Source: an uncultured bacterium (lineage in GTDB: Bacteria; Omnitrophota; Omnitrophia; Omnitrophales; Abzuiibacteriaceae). Taken from it: DNA of 64,000 nucleotides. Under the pieces are notes generated by a model. It had not been told where the DNA came from and did no database searches. It saw nothing but the letters and a program-made list of their open reading frames with translations. Within the stretch, counting starts at the first letter, position 1; every line of letters starts with the position of its first letter. This document shows positions 1 to 9,417 of the stretch, in pieces. The translations under genes and the position numbers were made by a program. Location of the stretch: assembly GCA_964387845.1 (NCBI GenBank), contig CAYLXA010000002.1:192001-256000 (forward strand). The letters are read 5' to 3'.

Positions 1-357
1 TGCCGCAAAACCCAGATTCGCGAGCATCATCGCCAAAACCAAATAAGTCATGGTCGCCGGCAGTAGAAACATCAAAATCCAGCCGGATGACATGATTAAG
101 CAATAAATCACCAAGTACGGTTTACGGCGGTAACCCCGGATTGGAAAAATATCAGAAACGGCGCCGTAAAAAATTTTTAGAAACCAAGGGATCGACGATA
201 CCGACATGAAAATGGCGATTTCCTTGATACTAAAGCCAAGCGATCTTAAGAAAAGCGGCAGCGCAACACCGGAAATTCCTATAAAGCCCTGGATGAAATA
301 TACGACGCCAATCAACTTTACAACGCCCGAATTAACTTTCTTCATAAAGGCGAACAT
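1..357 (-). CDS. Partial (5' end only) MFS-type transporter, BT1/folate-biopterin transporter-like; the gene runs off the window start
   Basis: My own minus-strand translation of 357..1 is open throughout: MFAFMKKVNSGVVKLIGVVYFIQGFIGISGVALPLFLRSLGFSIKEIAIFMSVSSIPWFLKIFYGAVSDIFPIRGYRRKPYLVIYCLIMSSGWILMF... The GxxSD..P(I/L)xGyRRkpYL block resembles the BT1 family signature. This ORF is not in the supplied track. Confidence 0.45.
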   Translation of the reverse strand, partial: MFAFMKKVNSGVVKLIGVVYFIQGFIGISGVALPLFLRSLGFSIKEIAIFMSVSSIPWFLKIFYGAVSDIFPIRGYRRKPYLVIYCLIMSSGWILMFLLPATMTYLVLAMMLANLGFAA

Positions 358-372
358 CAGTAATTGATTCCT

Positions 373-690
373 TTAAGCCGAAAAGAAATCACGGGCACTT
401 TGATTGCCGGCTGCTTTTTGAAAATCATCGTAGTCGATAAAACTTAAATCGGGCCTCTTTTCAAGAACCCTTTTGGCGATGATAAATCTTTCTGAGGGAT
501 GTGAAACTGAGCGTCGGCTTGCGATAAAGGAGAACTTGGTTTTACAATTGGGGCATATGGTTGTTTTCCATGGATCGAGTCCTAATTCGCGGCATGCGGC
601 ACAATCAGCAAGGCTGTCACCCAGGATGAGTAAATGATTTTTGACTTCTTCGATTTTAAAACCTCGCCATGTTCGGAGATAGAGACTCAT
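373..690 (-). CDS. Hypothetical small protein with a CxxC...CPNC zinc-ribbon-like motif
   Basis: 105-aa ORF in the track, tightly packed with its neighbours. It has Cys pairs CAAC and CPNC. I recognise no family. Confidence 0.35.
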   Translation of the reverse strand: MSLYLRTWRGFKIEEVKNHLLILGDSLADCAACRELGLDPWKTTICPNCKTKFSFIASRRSVSHPSERFIIAKRVLEKRPDLSFIDYDDFQKAAGNQSARDFFSA

Positions 691-693
691 GAC

Positions 694-969
694 TCAGCGT
701 ATATTTTTGCGCTTGGGCTTTGTTTCGGAGACCGGCTCTAACCCGATTTTGTGCGCAATTTCATTGAATTCCCGCCGCTCTAACTGATCTAGATTTTTGC
801 GCTTCTTTTTAAGCTCTTCATTCAGCCTGATGGCTTTCTCCTGCATTTCCTCATGTGTCTGCTGAGAACCCCCCATTAACAAAAAATTTTCGCCCTTGGT
901 TACGCGTTTATGCCCGCCCGCGTCATCCAAACCCAAACCCAATAAAATTCTTTTTTTTGGCGCTGCCAT
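694..969 (-). CDS. Hypothetical protein
   Basis: 91-aa ORF in tight tandem with the flanking genes; charged and coiled-coil-like; no recognisable motif. Confidence 0.3.
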   Translation of the reverse strand: MAAPKKRILLGLGLDDAGGHKRVTKGENFLLMGGSQQTHEEMQEKAIRLNEELKKKRKNLDQLERREFNEIAHKIGLEPVSETKPKRKNIR

Positions 970-984
970 GCCGGCTTCCTTTAC

Positions 985-1383
985 CTAGTTGAGCCTATAG
1001 ACCAGATCATGCTCTCGTGCCCGCCCGTGAATCTCGAGCCCGATTTCATCGCCCTTCTTTGCGATCGGGACCGATAAATGATTAACCTGCATCGATTCCA
1101 CGTTTTGCTCAATGTGAGTCGTGTGACCTTTGATCAGGATTTTATCGCCAACTTTCAGTTGATTGTGCGTTACCTCTACAACCGCCGCTGACACTTTTGG
1201 GAAATAATGAGTGACTTTGCCAATCAAAACTCCGTCGACATCAAAAACCGGTTGCTTTACGGCTTTCTTTGTCGCTTTTTTCTTTCCAGGTTTTTTTGCT
1301 GTTTTCATTTTTAAAGTTTTGGGCTTTGCCTTTGATTTTTTTGCAGGCTTTTTTGCAGATTTGGATTTTTTCTTTTTAGCCAT
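985..1383 (-). CDS. Histone H1-like lysine/alanine-rich protein with a C-terminal beta-rich domain
   Basis: The N-terminal ~50 aa are AKKKKSKSAKKPAKKSKAKPK-type repeats, typical of bacterial H1-like/Hc1-type DNA-binding tails. The C-terminal ~85 aa are non-repetitive. Confidence 0.4.
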   Translation of the reverse strand: MAKKKKSKSAKKPAKKSKAKPKTLKMKTAKKPGKKKATKKAVKQPVFDVDGVLIGKVTHYFPKVSAAVVEVTHNQLKVGDKILIKGHTTHIEQNVESMQVNHLSVPIAKKGDEIGLEIHGRAREHDLVYRLN

Positions 1384-1400
1384 TTTCTGCCTCCTGATAA

Positions 1401-2906
1401 TTATTGAATAAAAGTGATATTAATATCTTCCATGTGCAAAACAGGGTCTGCCAATACCATCACCCGGCTTTTGGACGTGTTCTCAAGCTCTTGAATCGTC
1501 GTTTGCTCTTGGTTGAGCAAGCGCTCCGCCACCTGAGGATGCACGTAGACATTCAAGATTTTGCCTTTTGATGTATTGAGCGCACGGCGGATTTCTTTGA
1601 CTGTTTGAATGGACATCGTCGCGGCTGATTTGATAACGCCCTTCCCTTTGCAATAGTGACATGAATCGTAAACTGCGCTTTCAAGCGACGGCCGGATGCG
1701 CTGCCTGGTCAATTCGATCAATCCCAAGTCAGACATGGGCATAATATTGGTTTTGGCGCGGTCCTTCTTACGAATCGCATCACGAAATGCCCTGTAGAGC
1801 CTCCGCCTGTGGTCAGCTTCCATCATGTCGATAAAATCAACCACGATGATGCCGCCGATATCGCGCAAACGCATCTGCCTGGCAATTTCTTGAGCCGCTT
1901 CCATGTTGGTTTTGAAAACGGTCTCTTCTAAGTTGCGTCTTCCGGTAAATTTACCCGTATTGACATCAATGGCAACCAGGCCTTCCGTTTGTTCGATCAC
2001 AATATGGCCGCCCGAAGGAAGTATCACATTGCGCTGAAAAGTCTTGGCAATTTCTTTTTCAATATTGTACTTTTCAAACAGAGGGATCTGCCCGCGGTAC
2101 CAATCCAGATGCGGTTGGTAGTCCGGAATATAGAGCTTGAAAAAGCGTTTTACCTGGGAATACATGCCGTAATGGTCAACAACAAGGCTATCCATTTCCT
2201 CAGTAAAAAAATCTCGAATGATCCGCTCAACCAAATCCAATTCCTCATGAATCAAGCACGGCGCTTTCTGCTTGTCGATCTCACTCTTGATTCGCTCCCA
2301 CATTTTGAGGAGATATTTGACGTCGCGAACAAACTCTTTTTTACTTTTGCCTTCTCCGGCTGTGCGAACGATAAAACCGATCCCTTCCGGAAAATCGATT
2401 TCATCAAATATTTTTCGGATCCGATCGCGCTCAGCGCGCTCTTCAATTCTGCGGGAAATGCCCACACGCCGGTCGCCTGGCATTAAAACGAGATAACGCG
2501 CGGGAATGGAAAAATGGGTTGTTAAACGGGCGCCCTTACCGCGGATGGGCTCTTTGACCACCTGAACGATGATTTCCTGTCCGACTTTCAGGACCTCATC
2601 AATTCGAGGGATGGGAACTTTTTCTTTTCGTTCGTGTTCTTCTGTCTCTACGTCTTCGTATGTTGATTCGGCTAGCGGAGAATCAACTGCGTCCGCCACA
2701 TAAAGAAAACCGTCTTTCTTCATACCGAGGTCGATAAACGCTGCTCCAATTCCGCGGACTACGGATTTGACTTTCCCCTTGTAGATATTGCCGAACATCT
2801 TCGAGGTGTCGGCCCGCTCGATATAAAATTCGTCGAGCTGTCCGTTCTCTAGAATTGCTACACGTTTTTCGTTTGCTTCCAGTGAAATCAAAATTTCTTT
2901 TTTCAT
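1401..2906 (-). CDS. rng: Ribonuclease G/E family endoribonuclease (Rne/Rng; S1 domain plus catalytic domain)
   Basis: MKKEILISLEANEKRVAILENGQLDEFYIERADTSKMFGNIYKGKVKSVVRGIGAAFIDLG is the classic Rng/CafA N-terminus (S1 domain). The track ORF extends 36 codons further upstream; the start was moved to the MKKEIL Met. Confidence 0.8.
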   Translation of the reverse strand: MKKEILISLEANEKRVAILENGQLDEFYIERADTSKMFGNIYKGKVKSVVRGIGAAFIDLGMKKDGFLYVADAVDSPLAESTYEDVETEEHERKEKVPIPRIDEVLKVGQEIIVQVVKEPIRGKGARLTTHFSIPARYLVLMPGDRRVGISRRIEERAERDRIRKIFDEIDFPEGIGFIVRTAGEGKSKKEFVRDVKYLLKMWERIKSEIDKQKAPCLIHEELDLVERIIRDFFTEEMDSLVVDHYGMYSQVKRFFKLYIPDYQPHLDWYRGQIPLFEKYNIEKEIAKTFQRNVILPSGGHIVIEQTEGLVAIDVNTGKFTGRRNLEETVFKTNMEAAQEIARQMRLRDIGGIIVVDFIDMMEADHRRRLYRAFRDAIRKKDRAKTNIMPMSDLGLIELTRQRIRPSLESAVYDSCHYCKGKGVIKSAATMSIQTVKEIRRALNTSKGKILNVYVHPQVAERLLNQEQTTIQELENTSKSRVMVLADPVLHMEDINITFIQ

Positions 2907-3073
2907 GTTGAATGGCCGTTTCGTAGTAATTGGGTTGTGATCTCTTGAGGCAAGCACTCCTCTCCAGCATGTGCTCAGGCTCCTTTTGTTTGGAACAAGC
3001 CTTTGGCTGTCCAAGCGTTGTTAAAATGCGAAAGAGATCGGATTGATGTTGATAATTGATGAACATATTGATC

Positions 3074-4699
3074 CTAAACAGCGGGCTGTGCCGCTTTCTG
3101 AGGTGCGATGACCGCTGTCGGGGTCGAACTTGTCACTGTTGTGGCTTTCATCGGCTGACCTTGCGTGTCAACGATGGTTACCGTAATAAAAAACAAAGTC
3201 TCAATTTTTGAATTTTTATCTTCTCCTTGGTCTCTAAAGTGACGTCGAAACAATCTGCCTAAAACCGGGATTTTTGATGCGCCAGGCACCGAATCTTCTT
3301 GGACTTGCTCGGCATCTCGCGCCAGGCCGCCAATTGCAATTGTTTCTCCGTTATTAATCAATACCTGAGTTTGTGCTGTTGTGGTTGTGAAAGAAGGTGC
3401 GACGAAACTTGATGAAAACGTCACGTCATCACCGCGACTGCTCACTTCCGGACTTAGGTCGACTAAAATTTCATTGGCTTGATTGATATGCGGAGTCACG
3501 TTTAAAACAACTCCGATATCACGATATGTGAAGCCGGTTACCTCAAAGCTACCGGTTGTTTCGTTGCGTTCAAACGACGGAATCGGGATCTGGCTTCCGA
3601 CCTGAACTTTTGCGGTTTGATTGTTTAACACAACAATGCGCGGATTGGAAACGATCTTTGTATTATTTTTTGATCGCAAATACTTCAGAGTTGCGTTAAA
3701 TGAACTAAAATTTAAAGTTCCAAAAGTGAACGTGGGCCTGTGTGACGCAAGCGTTAAATCTGGCGAGCCAATCGGTGCAACGCTGGGATCATTAACAGTA
3801 TCGGCTACGTTACCTCCATAAAACGCGTTAAAATGCGTTAGCGGGTTCTGGTCGCGGGTACCGCTTCCCGGAGCAGACCACGGAAACGTGACCTGGCGAG
3901 ACGCTCCCGTTAAGGATCCTTGCGGCGTCCAATTGATACCCAAATCTTCATTCTGATCAAGCTGAGTTCTCACGATTTTTGCATCGATATAGACCTGAGG
4001 CGTGCTCTTATCAAGACTGCGGATAACCTGGCCGATTTTATACAAATTAGTAGGAATATCCGTAATGATTACCGTGTTGGCGCGAGGCACCGATTTCACA
4101 CGACCTCGCTCAGAGAGTATGTCTTTGATAGCCGACTCCACTTCTGCCGCTGTTGTGTAATTTAAAACAAACGTCTCGGTTATCAATTCTTCGGTTGCAA
4201 GATTCTCTTTTGTTGTAACTCTGACTATGTTCTGCTCGCGCTCATAAACATACCCATAAGTCCGCAAAACAACCTCGAGCGCCTTTTGCCAAGGCACATC
4301 TTGAAGTCTGATCGTTACCGTCCCATGCACCTCAGGCCCGGCAACAATGTTGACGCCGCTTTTCAAACTCAATACCCGCAAAACATTTAAAATGTCAGCA
4401 TCTTTAAAGTCTAAACTAACATTTCCCGGACTGGTCGTTCCTTCACTGGCTGTTTGAACTGCTTTTGTATCGGCTGAGGGTTCAGCTGACGGAACCTCTT
4501 CAGAAGGACTGTATTCGTAATTTTCATTACCCGGTGATAACTCTGTGCTGTTTTGATCCAGGGGCGCACTCGCTTCGTTGGTGGGTTCTTCGGCCGACAC
4601 TTTGGCGGGCTCGACTCCGATCACCAAAATCATAAGTATAATGATCCAGGCAATTCGTCTAATCATGCTGAAGCCCGGAAGCTGTTGTGGTTGTATCAT
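3074..4699 (-). CDS. pilQ: Type IV pilus secretin PilQ
   Basis: Signal peptide, an N-terminal region, and a C-terminal secretin domain (NPRIVVLNNQTAKVQVGSQIPIP...). It is the last gene of a pilMNOPQ-ordered operon. Confidence 0.8.
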   Translation of the reverse strand: MIQPQQLPGFSMIRRIAWIIILMILVIGVEPAKVSAEEPTNEASAPLDQNSTELSPGNENYEYSPSEEVPSAEPSADTKAVQTASEGTTSPGNVSLDFKDADILNVLRVLSLKSGVNIVAGPEVHGTVTIRLQDVPWQKALEVVLRTYGYVYEREQNIVRVTTKENLATEELITETFVLNYTTAAEVESAIKDILSERGRVKSVPRANTVIITDIPTNLYKIGQVIRSLDKSTPQVYIDAKIVRTQLDQNEDLGINWTPQGSLTGASRQVTFPWSAPGSGTRDQNPLTHFNAFYGGNVADTVNDPSVAPIGSPDLTLASHRPTFTFGTLNFSSFNATLKYLRSKNNTKIVSNPRIVVLNNQTAKVQVGSQIPIPSFERNETTGSFEVTGFTYRDIGVVLNVTPHINQANEILVDLSPEVSSRGDDVTFSSSFVAPSFTTTTAQTQVLINNGETIAIGGLARDAEQVQEDSVPGASKIPVLGRLFRRHFRDQGEDKNSKIETLFFITVTIVDTQGQPMKATTVTSSTPTAVIAPQKAAQPAV

Positions 4700-4721
4700 A
4701 GTGCAATTCCTTTATTTTGGA

Positions 4722-5075
4722 TTACTCTTCGGTTCTAATCGCTACCCAAAACTCTTTCTCGCCGTCCGAGAATGATACTCCATCCTTGGTGATCTTCTCA
4801 ACGCGATATCCGCCAACTTTTTCACCCAACTTGATAATCGTCCCTTCTATAACTGCCATCGATGCACCGCCCGGATCTACTATAACGCCTTCTAGCTTAA
4901 AATTGGTCGGTGTTTGAGCTGTGCTTTCAACGTGCTGCGGCCGGTCGGTTGAAACAAAAAAGGGGTCGCGTTTGTCGTGCCTATCATAACGAAATTTATC
5001 CGCAAGTGCTATTGAAAAAATCAACTGAGCCGCAACAATGCCAGTAAGCACTTTCATTCCGTGTTTCATCGTCAC
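4722..5075 (-). CDS. pilP: Type IV pilus assembly lipoprotein PilP
   Basis: Small protein with a signal/lipobox-like N-terminus and a beta-rich C-terminus; it sits between pilO and pilQ. Call rests on synteny plus size. Confidence 0.5.
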   Translation of the reverse strand: MTMKHGMKVLTGIVAAQLIFSIALADKFRYDRHDKRDPFFVSTDRPQHVESTAQTPTNFKLEGVIVDPGGASMAVIEGTIIKLGEKVGGYRVEKITKDGVSFSDGEKEFWVAIRTEE

Positions 5076-5698
5076 GCCTTCTGCGGTGCTTGCACAAACG
5101 CTACAACCTGGAACGTGCTTTGCAGCTTCTGAGAAACACCGCCCTTTGCAGATTGAATGGTCAGCTCACGTATGACCAGCCATTTACTGTAATTTTCGAT
5201 ATCATTCACAAAACGGCCGAAATTGTGATATCCGCTTTCGGCAGTTAGTTCGTAGGATGCGGTTAGATATTGTTGATTATAGGGAGCGGGCAGCTCGAAT
5301 TTTGCATCAACCGGACGAGATCCGACAATGTGAACTTTGTTTTTCTCTGCGATTTTTGACAACTCGCTGAGCAGTTGGTCAAGTTCTCGTATTTGAAGAA
5401 GCCCCGTCTTGGCAGTCACCAGCTCTTTTTGAAGATCGTCCATCTGTTTCTTTAAATCTGCCATCCGCATGACTTTTGATTTTGCGCCACCGAGCGTTGT
5501 TACCATTCGGTTCTTTTCATCTGTTAAGCTCCCGATCTTGACCATCAGCGGTATCAATATCATAAAAACCAGCACACAAAGCCCGCCGTATGTCAAAACT
5601 TGCTGAATGATTACTTTTCGATCGGTTTCAAAGCGTTTTTTGATACCCGCCAAAATATTTTTGGGGCTGCTTTTAGTTTTCGCCGGTGCTTGTGCCAT
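5072..5698 (-). CDS. pilO: Type IV pilus assembly protein PilO
   Basis: Single transmembrane helix, coiled coil, then a periplasmic domain; the position between pilN and pilP fits PilO. Confidence 0.55.
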   Translation of the reverse strand: MAQAPAKTKSSPKNILAGIKKRFETDRKVIIQQVLTYGGLCVLVFMILIPLMVKIGSLTDEKNRMVTTLGGAKSKVMRMADLKKQMDDLQKELVTAKTGLLQIRELDQLLSELSKIAEKNKVHIVGSRPVDAKFELPAPYNQQYLTASYELTAESGYHNFGRFVNDIENYSKWLVIRELTIQSAKGGVSQKLQSTFQVVAFVQAPQKA

Positions 5699-5707
5699 TA
5701 TGTCAAC

Positions 5708-6310
5708 CTAAACGGTTTGAAACGACGCGTTAAACTGCATGACTTCCACACTGCCCATTTGTTCGCGGTTTGTACTCATCACCACTTTAACTTTCCTCGC
5801 CTTATCTTTCGGTCCTGCATTGCGATTGATCGTTTCTTCCAGTTTTGCCTTTACCGAATTGACGTACTCTTGAATTTGTGCAAGCGCTACCTGCTTGGAA
5901 GTCACTTTTGTGTATCCCTCTAGATCAAAATGAATCGATGCCTTTTCGCGGCGAATGCGAAATTGAGAAAACCACATACTGTCCGGCACCAAATCGCTCA
6001 AGTAGTTCATGATTTCCGAAATGTATACTTGCGAGATAACATACTGGTCAAAAAAAGCCTTTTGCGGCTGGAGGTCTTTTTCGACCGTTTCCATAAATTT
6101 ACCCGCCTGCTCACTGGCAGATTTGATTGATTCGTGTTCATTATTCATTTTGCTCAGTTGGTTCCGAACCGCTATAAAAACAATTGCATGATAAAGAATC
6201 GCCAGAACAACTAGCCCATAGACAGTAATCACAATCTTCTGAACCGGGATTTTGGATGTCTTTTTCTCAACTTGCCGTAACTCGATCGGAAGTAAATTGA
6301 TCAGAATCAC
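5708..6310 (-). CDS. pilN: Type IV pilus assembly protein PilN
   Basis: N-terminal INLLPIELRQ motif (the conserved PilN 'INLLP' start), one transmembrane helix, and a periplasmic coiled coil. Confidence 0.65.
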   Translation of the reverse strand: MILINLLPIELRQVEKKTSKIPVQKIVITVYGLVVLAILYHAIVFIAVRNQLSKMNNEHESIKSASEQAGKFMETVEKDLQPQKAFFDQYVISQVYISEIMNYLSDLVPDSMWFSQFRIRREKASIHFDLEGYTKVTSKQVALAQIQEYVNSVKAKLEETINRNAGPKDKARKVKVVMSTNREQMGSVEVMQFNASFQTV

Positions 6311-7401
6311 GCCCCACCCCGCAGCGCAAGCCCTATGGCAACCGATAAGTAGGGTTGCAAAACTTTCAGCTTTGCATTGTCCGCATCAGATCCGACCTGA
6401 ATAGTATCAAGCGGATTCCATTGGGAGACTTTAAGTCCCGTTTCTTGCTCTAGAGTATTTGTCAGCAAATCAATTTGTGAAACCCCGCCGCTGACAAACA
6501 CGGCGCTTGGCGACTCTACATCTTGATGTTGGCTTTGAAAATAGTTAAGCGATAGCTTGATTTCTTGGATGATGGGGCCGAAGCTCGCCTTCAGCGCTTG
6601 CTCTTGCGCCGGATCCTCCCAATTTTTTTTAGTCTGAATCTGGTAAGCATCCAACTCATTAAGGCCCAGCTTTTTGGCCAAGGAAGCCGTAATGTCCGAT
6701 CCGCCCAGCGAAATATCGCGTGAAAACCTAAGGCTGCCATGATCTAAAATATTAATATTCGTATTGCGCGAACCAAAATCAATCAGAACCAAGCTTTTGC
6801 TTTTAGCATCCGGAGTTGTTTCGACAAATGCATTGGCAAATGCAATAGCATCTACATCGACTGCCGTAGGCTGCAACTCTGCTGCCTGAACAGCCGTGAC
6901 CGATTTCATCACTTCCTGCTTGCGCGCAGCGACCAAAATGACATCCATACTTTTCCCGGAGGCGCCTGATGAGCCGCCGCTATTCACGATGTGAAAGTCG
7001 AGAATCACCTCCGACATAGAGAATGGGATGTATTTTTCCGCCTCGTACTGAATGGCGCTTTCAAATTCCTCTTTTGCCATCCTGGGAAACGAAATAAATC
7101 TAAGGATCACGCCATGGCCCTTCATTGATATACAGACTTTTTTCTCAGTAATTCCGGCCGCTAAAAACAAATTTTTGATTTGAGCAGGTATTGGAATATC
7201 AGCTTTGAGCGATTCGTGCTCGGCTTTTTGTAAAATGATTTTATTCTGACTCATTGATAACTGAACGAGCGTGAGGGATGTATTGCCGATATCCAACCCG
7301 ATGCCGGACCGATTTTGCTGTGATTGGCGGGGGGAATCCTGCTTTTTGGCTAGAGGCGACAAGCGACTCAATTGCGACGACAACGCTTGAGGAATTTTCA
7401 T
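6307..7401 (-). CDS. pilM: Type IV pilus assembly ATPase-fold protein PilM (actin-like)
   Basis: GLDIGNTSLTLVQLS matches the actin/FtsA-like phosphate-1 motif. It is the first gene of the pilMNOPQ operon, and its stop overlaps the pilN start. Confidence 0.8.
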   Translation of the reverse strand: MKIPQALSSQLSRLSPLAKKQDSPRQSQQNRSGIGLDIGNTSLTLVQLSMSQNKIILQKAEHESLKADIPIPAQIKNLFLAAGITEKKVCISMKGHGVILRFISFPRMAKEEFESAIQYEAEKYIPFSMSEVILDFHIVNSGGSSGASGKSMDVILVAARKQEVMKSVTAVQAAELQPTAVDVDAIAFANAFVETTPDAKSKSLVLIDFGSRNTNINILDHGSLRFSRDISLGGSDITASLAKKLGLNELDAYQIQTKKNWEDPAQEQALKASFGPIIQEIKLSLNYFQSQHQDVESPSAVFVSGGVSQIDLLTNTLEQETGLKVSQWNPLDTIQVGSDADNAKLKVLQPYLSVAIGLALRGGA

Positions 7402-7546
7402 TAAACTAGGCTCAATAGTTGCATAGAGATGGCTTTTAATAAACAGCTTATATTATATCAAAGTATATATCGACATCCCTCCCGCTGAAATTGACTACTT
7501 TTAAGAGGTTTTTCTTGTGGGTCAAGGCATCTAAAAAACCGTTAAA

Positions 7547-9337
7547 TCATCGGTTTTTTTGAGTTTTCTGCATCTGCCTGGAGATTTTCTGAACTAAAGG
7601 ATCTTCCGGGTATAAATCGAGCAATTGATTGTAAAACCCATAGGCGCGCTCATAGTTTTGGGTCGATAGGTAGTATTGACACAACTGCGACAGGATCCCG
7701 CGGGAATCCGGATCAACCTTCAACCCCTCATTCAAAACAGCAACCGCCTCCTGGTCACGCCCTTGCCGCATCAGAAATTCGGCAAGATGCTGAAATGTCG
7801 GGACTGCGGGCTTTGTCTTCACAGATTGCCGGTAAAGCGACTCTGCTTCGGATAAATTTCCTTTTTGGTGATGGTATTGCGCCATCAAGTCCTCATACAT
7901 GAAAAGCAACTGGCCCGGCCTCCCCGGTTCAATCAGCTTCAAATAACGGTAAGCGTCATCCGGTTTCTGTAGAATTAAATAATTCTGTGCCTGCATCAAA
8001 ATATCTTTCTCGCTCGCAAACGGAAAGGATAGCACTTTGTCCAGGTATTCAATCGATTTTTGAATATCGCCCTGGATAAAATAAGTCACTGCCGAATTGT
8101 AGTAGAATCGAGGGTCGGGAAACTGGGAATTCGCCTGATCCGTTGCCCAAAGGTCTTGATTGTGCTGCCACTGTTTTACACGAAGAACGCTCAACCAAAC
8201 CAACGAAATTAAAAGCACTACCCCGATAAACGTCGCGATCCGCCAGCCGAATTTTGCACCGCGGCTTGATAGATATTTCTTCGCGATGATTTGCAATCCA
8301 GACATCCAAAATGCCGCAAAGCCAATAATGGGAATGTATAAATATCGATCATTCATGAGCGTTGAAATCGGAGTGAAAATGTTAGACACGGGGATCAGGA
8401 AAATAAAAAACCACCCGAACCAAAATGCAAGCTTTGGATTTTTTCGCCAACACCAACAAAAAAAGCATGCCAGAATAAAAATTCCGGCTAACGATGCAAT
8501 AACGGGAAACTCCCAAACCGACTGAAAAACGCGCGTGGTATAGAAAGTTCGCAGATTAAACGGATAAGCAAGATGAGCAAAGTAACGGAATAGAATAGTT
8601 GCCATGACCCAAAGATTGCTCCAAAAACCGCCGCCGCGGAATTGAAACTCCGTTGTCACGTGCAGCCCGATAGTCACCGCGGCCGAAAAGAATGCGAGAG
8701 CAAAGGTGCTTAGGTAAACAAATAATCTCCTTTTCCCTTCAAACGGTTTCTCAAATGCACGTTCATACGCGAAAAAGATAAGCGGCAAAACAACCACGCT
8801 CGGTTTTGATAACACCGCCAGGCCGAAAGAAATCACCGTGAACCAAAAACGCTTTTGTCTGAAACTGATGAAAGAGACAAGCATCCACAAAGTTGATAGC
8901 ACATTCTTCCTCTCGGCAATCCACACAACCGATTCAATTTGAACCGGATGCAGCGCAAACAGAAACGCGCTTACAACGGCGATAGGCAAACTTCCGATCA
9001 TGCTCAGGAGAAGGAAATAGACTACGGCGGTATTGATACAATGGATCGCAATATTGGTCCGGCGGTAGCCTTCTGGATTTAATTTTGAAAATTGATAATC
9101 AACAGCGTAGCTTGCGATTGTCACAGGAATATAGTTCAGGACATACTCCTTAGAAAACCAATGCTTCATCGACTCCAGGTCAATCCTTCGGATGTCGCCA
9201 TTTTGGATTACATATTCGTCATCGTCTAGATTTGTAAATTCATAGTGAATGGAAGGTGTGTATACAAACAAAACAAGCGCTACGACTGCCAGAAGCGGTA
9301 TAACTTTGTGGATGCTTTTGAAGTAGGATGTCATCAT
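7547..9337 (-). CDS. Polytopic membrane protein with a C-terminal TPR array (TMTC/PMT-like, DUF1736-type); candidate glycosyltransferase
   Basis: About 12 predicted transmembrane helices in the first ~400 aa, then TPR-like repeats (YLDKVL..., YYLSTQNYERAYGFYNQLL...). This is the same architecture as the TMTC O-mannosyltransferase-like family. It lies between pilM and pilA. Confidence 0.5.
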   Translation of the reverse strand: MMTSYFKSIHKVIPLLAVVALVLFVYTPSIHYEFTNLDDDEYVIQNGDIRRIDLESMKHWFSKEYVLNYIPVTIASYAVDYQFSKLNPEGYRRTNIAIHCINTAVVYFLLLSMIGSLPIAVVSAFLFALHPVQIESVVWIAERKNVLSTLWMLVSFISFRQKRFWFTVISFGLAVLSKPSVVVLPLIFFAYERAFEKPFEGKRRLFVYLSTFALAFFSAAVTIGLHVTTEFQFRGGGFWSNLWVMATILFRYFAHLAYPFNLRTFYTTRVFQSVWEFPVIASLAGIFILACFFCWCWRKNPKLAFWFGWFFIFLIPVSNIFTPISTLMNDRYLYIPIIGFAAFWMSGLQIIAKKYLSSRGAKFGWRIATFIGVVLLISLVWLSVLRVKQWQHNQDLWATDQANSQFPDPRFYYNSAVTYFIQGDIQKSIEYLDKVLSFPFASEKDILMQAQNYLILQKPDDAYRYLKLIEPGRPGQLLFMYEDLMAQYHHQKGNLSEAESLYRQSVKTKPAVPTFQHLAEFLMRQGRDQEAVAVLNEGLKVDPDSRGILSQLCQYYLSTQNYERAYGFYNQLLDLYPEDPLVQKISRQMQKTQKNR

Positions 9338-9350
9338 GCCTATAAAGCAA

Positions 9351-9382
9351 ACGGCACTTGGATATGATTCCCCAAGTGCCGT
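9351..9382 (-). terminator. Hairpin immediately downstream of pilA (11-bp perfect stem ACGGCACTTGG/CCAAGTGCCGT) followed by a T-rich tract
   Basis: Inverted repeat read directly from the sequence, 36 nt after the pilA stop. Pilin genes typically end in strong intrinsic terminators. Confidence 0.45.
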
Positions 9383-9417
9383 CGCCTTTTGTGAAACAGT
9401 TGCTCCAATACTGCTGA

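Noticed and set aside
1989-2486. Plus-strand ORFs of 60-165 aa inside minus-strand genes (e.g. 1211..1411, 1989..2486, 2272..2496, 3621..3821, 8160..8525, 9688..10176, 12859..13275, 22416..22958, 39905..40525, 41093..41488, 62397..62889)
   Set aside because: Each lies antisense to or overlapping a well-supported conserved gene (rng, pilQ, pilA, pilC, the PfkB kinase, rplT/rpmI/infC, thrS, cusC). Their translations are low-complexity or Arg/Ser-rich with no motifs. They are typical shadow ORFs.
2907-3014. N-terminal extensions on the track ORFs for rng, cinA, accC, thiE, the beta-CASP hydrolase, the LOG-YHS protein and STAS-PilZ paralog 1
   Set aside because: The track takes the longest ORF, including TTG/GTG starts. 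Family N-termini (e.g. MKKEIL for RNase G, MNSAEILTIGSELL for Cin[13 protein letters not shown] for AccC) and Shine-Dalgarno positions indicate internal starts; for paralog 1 the upstream extension would cover its own sigma54 promoter.
7533-7559. Hairpin AAAAAACCG-N9-CGGTTTTTT at the 3' end of the TPR membrane gene
   Set aside because: The stem is almost entirely A:T with only a 3-bp GC core, and the stop codon lies in the loop. It is too weak to call a terminator with confidence.
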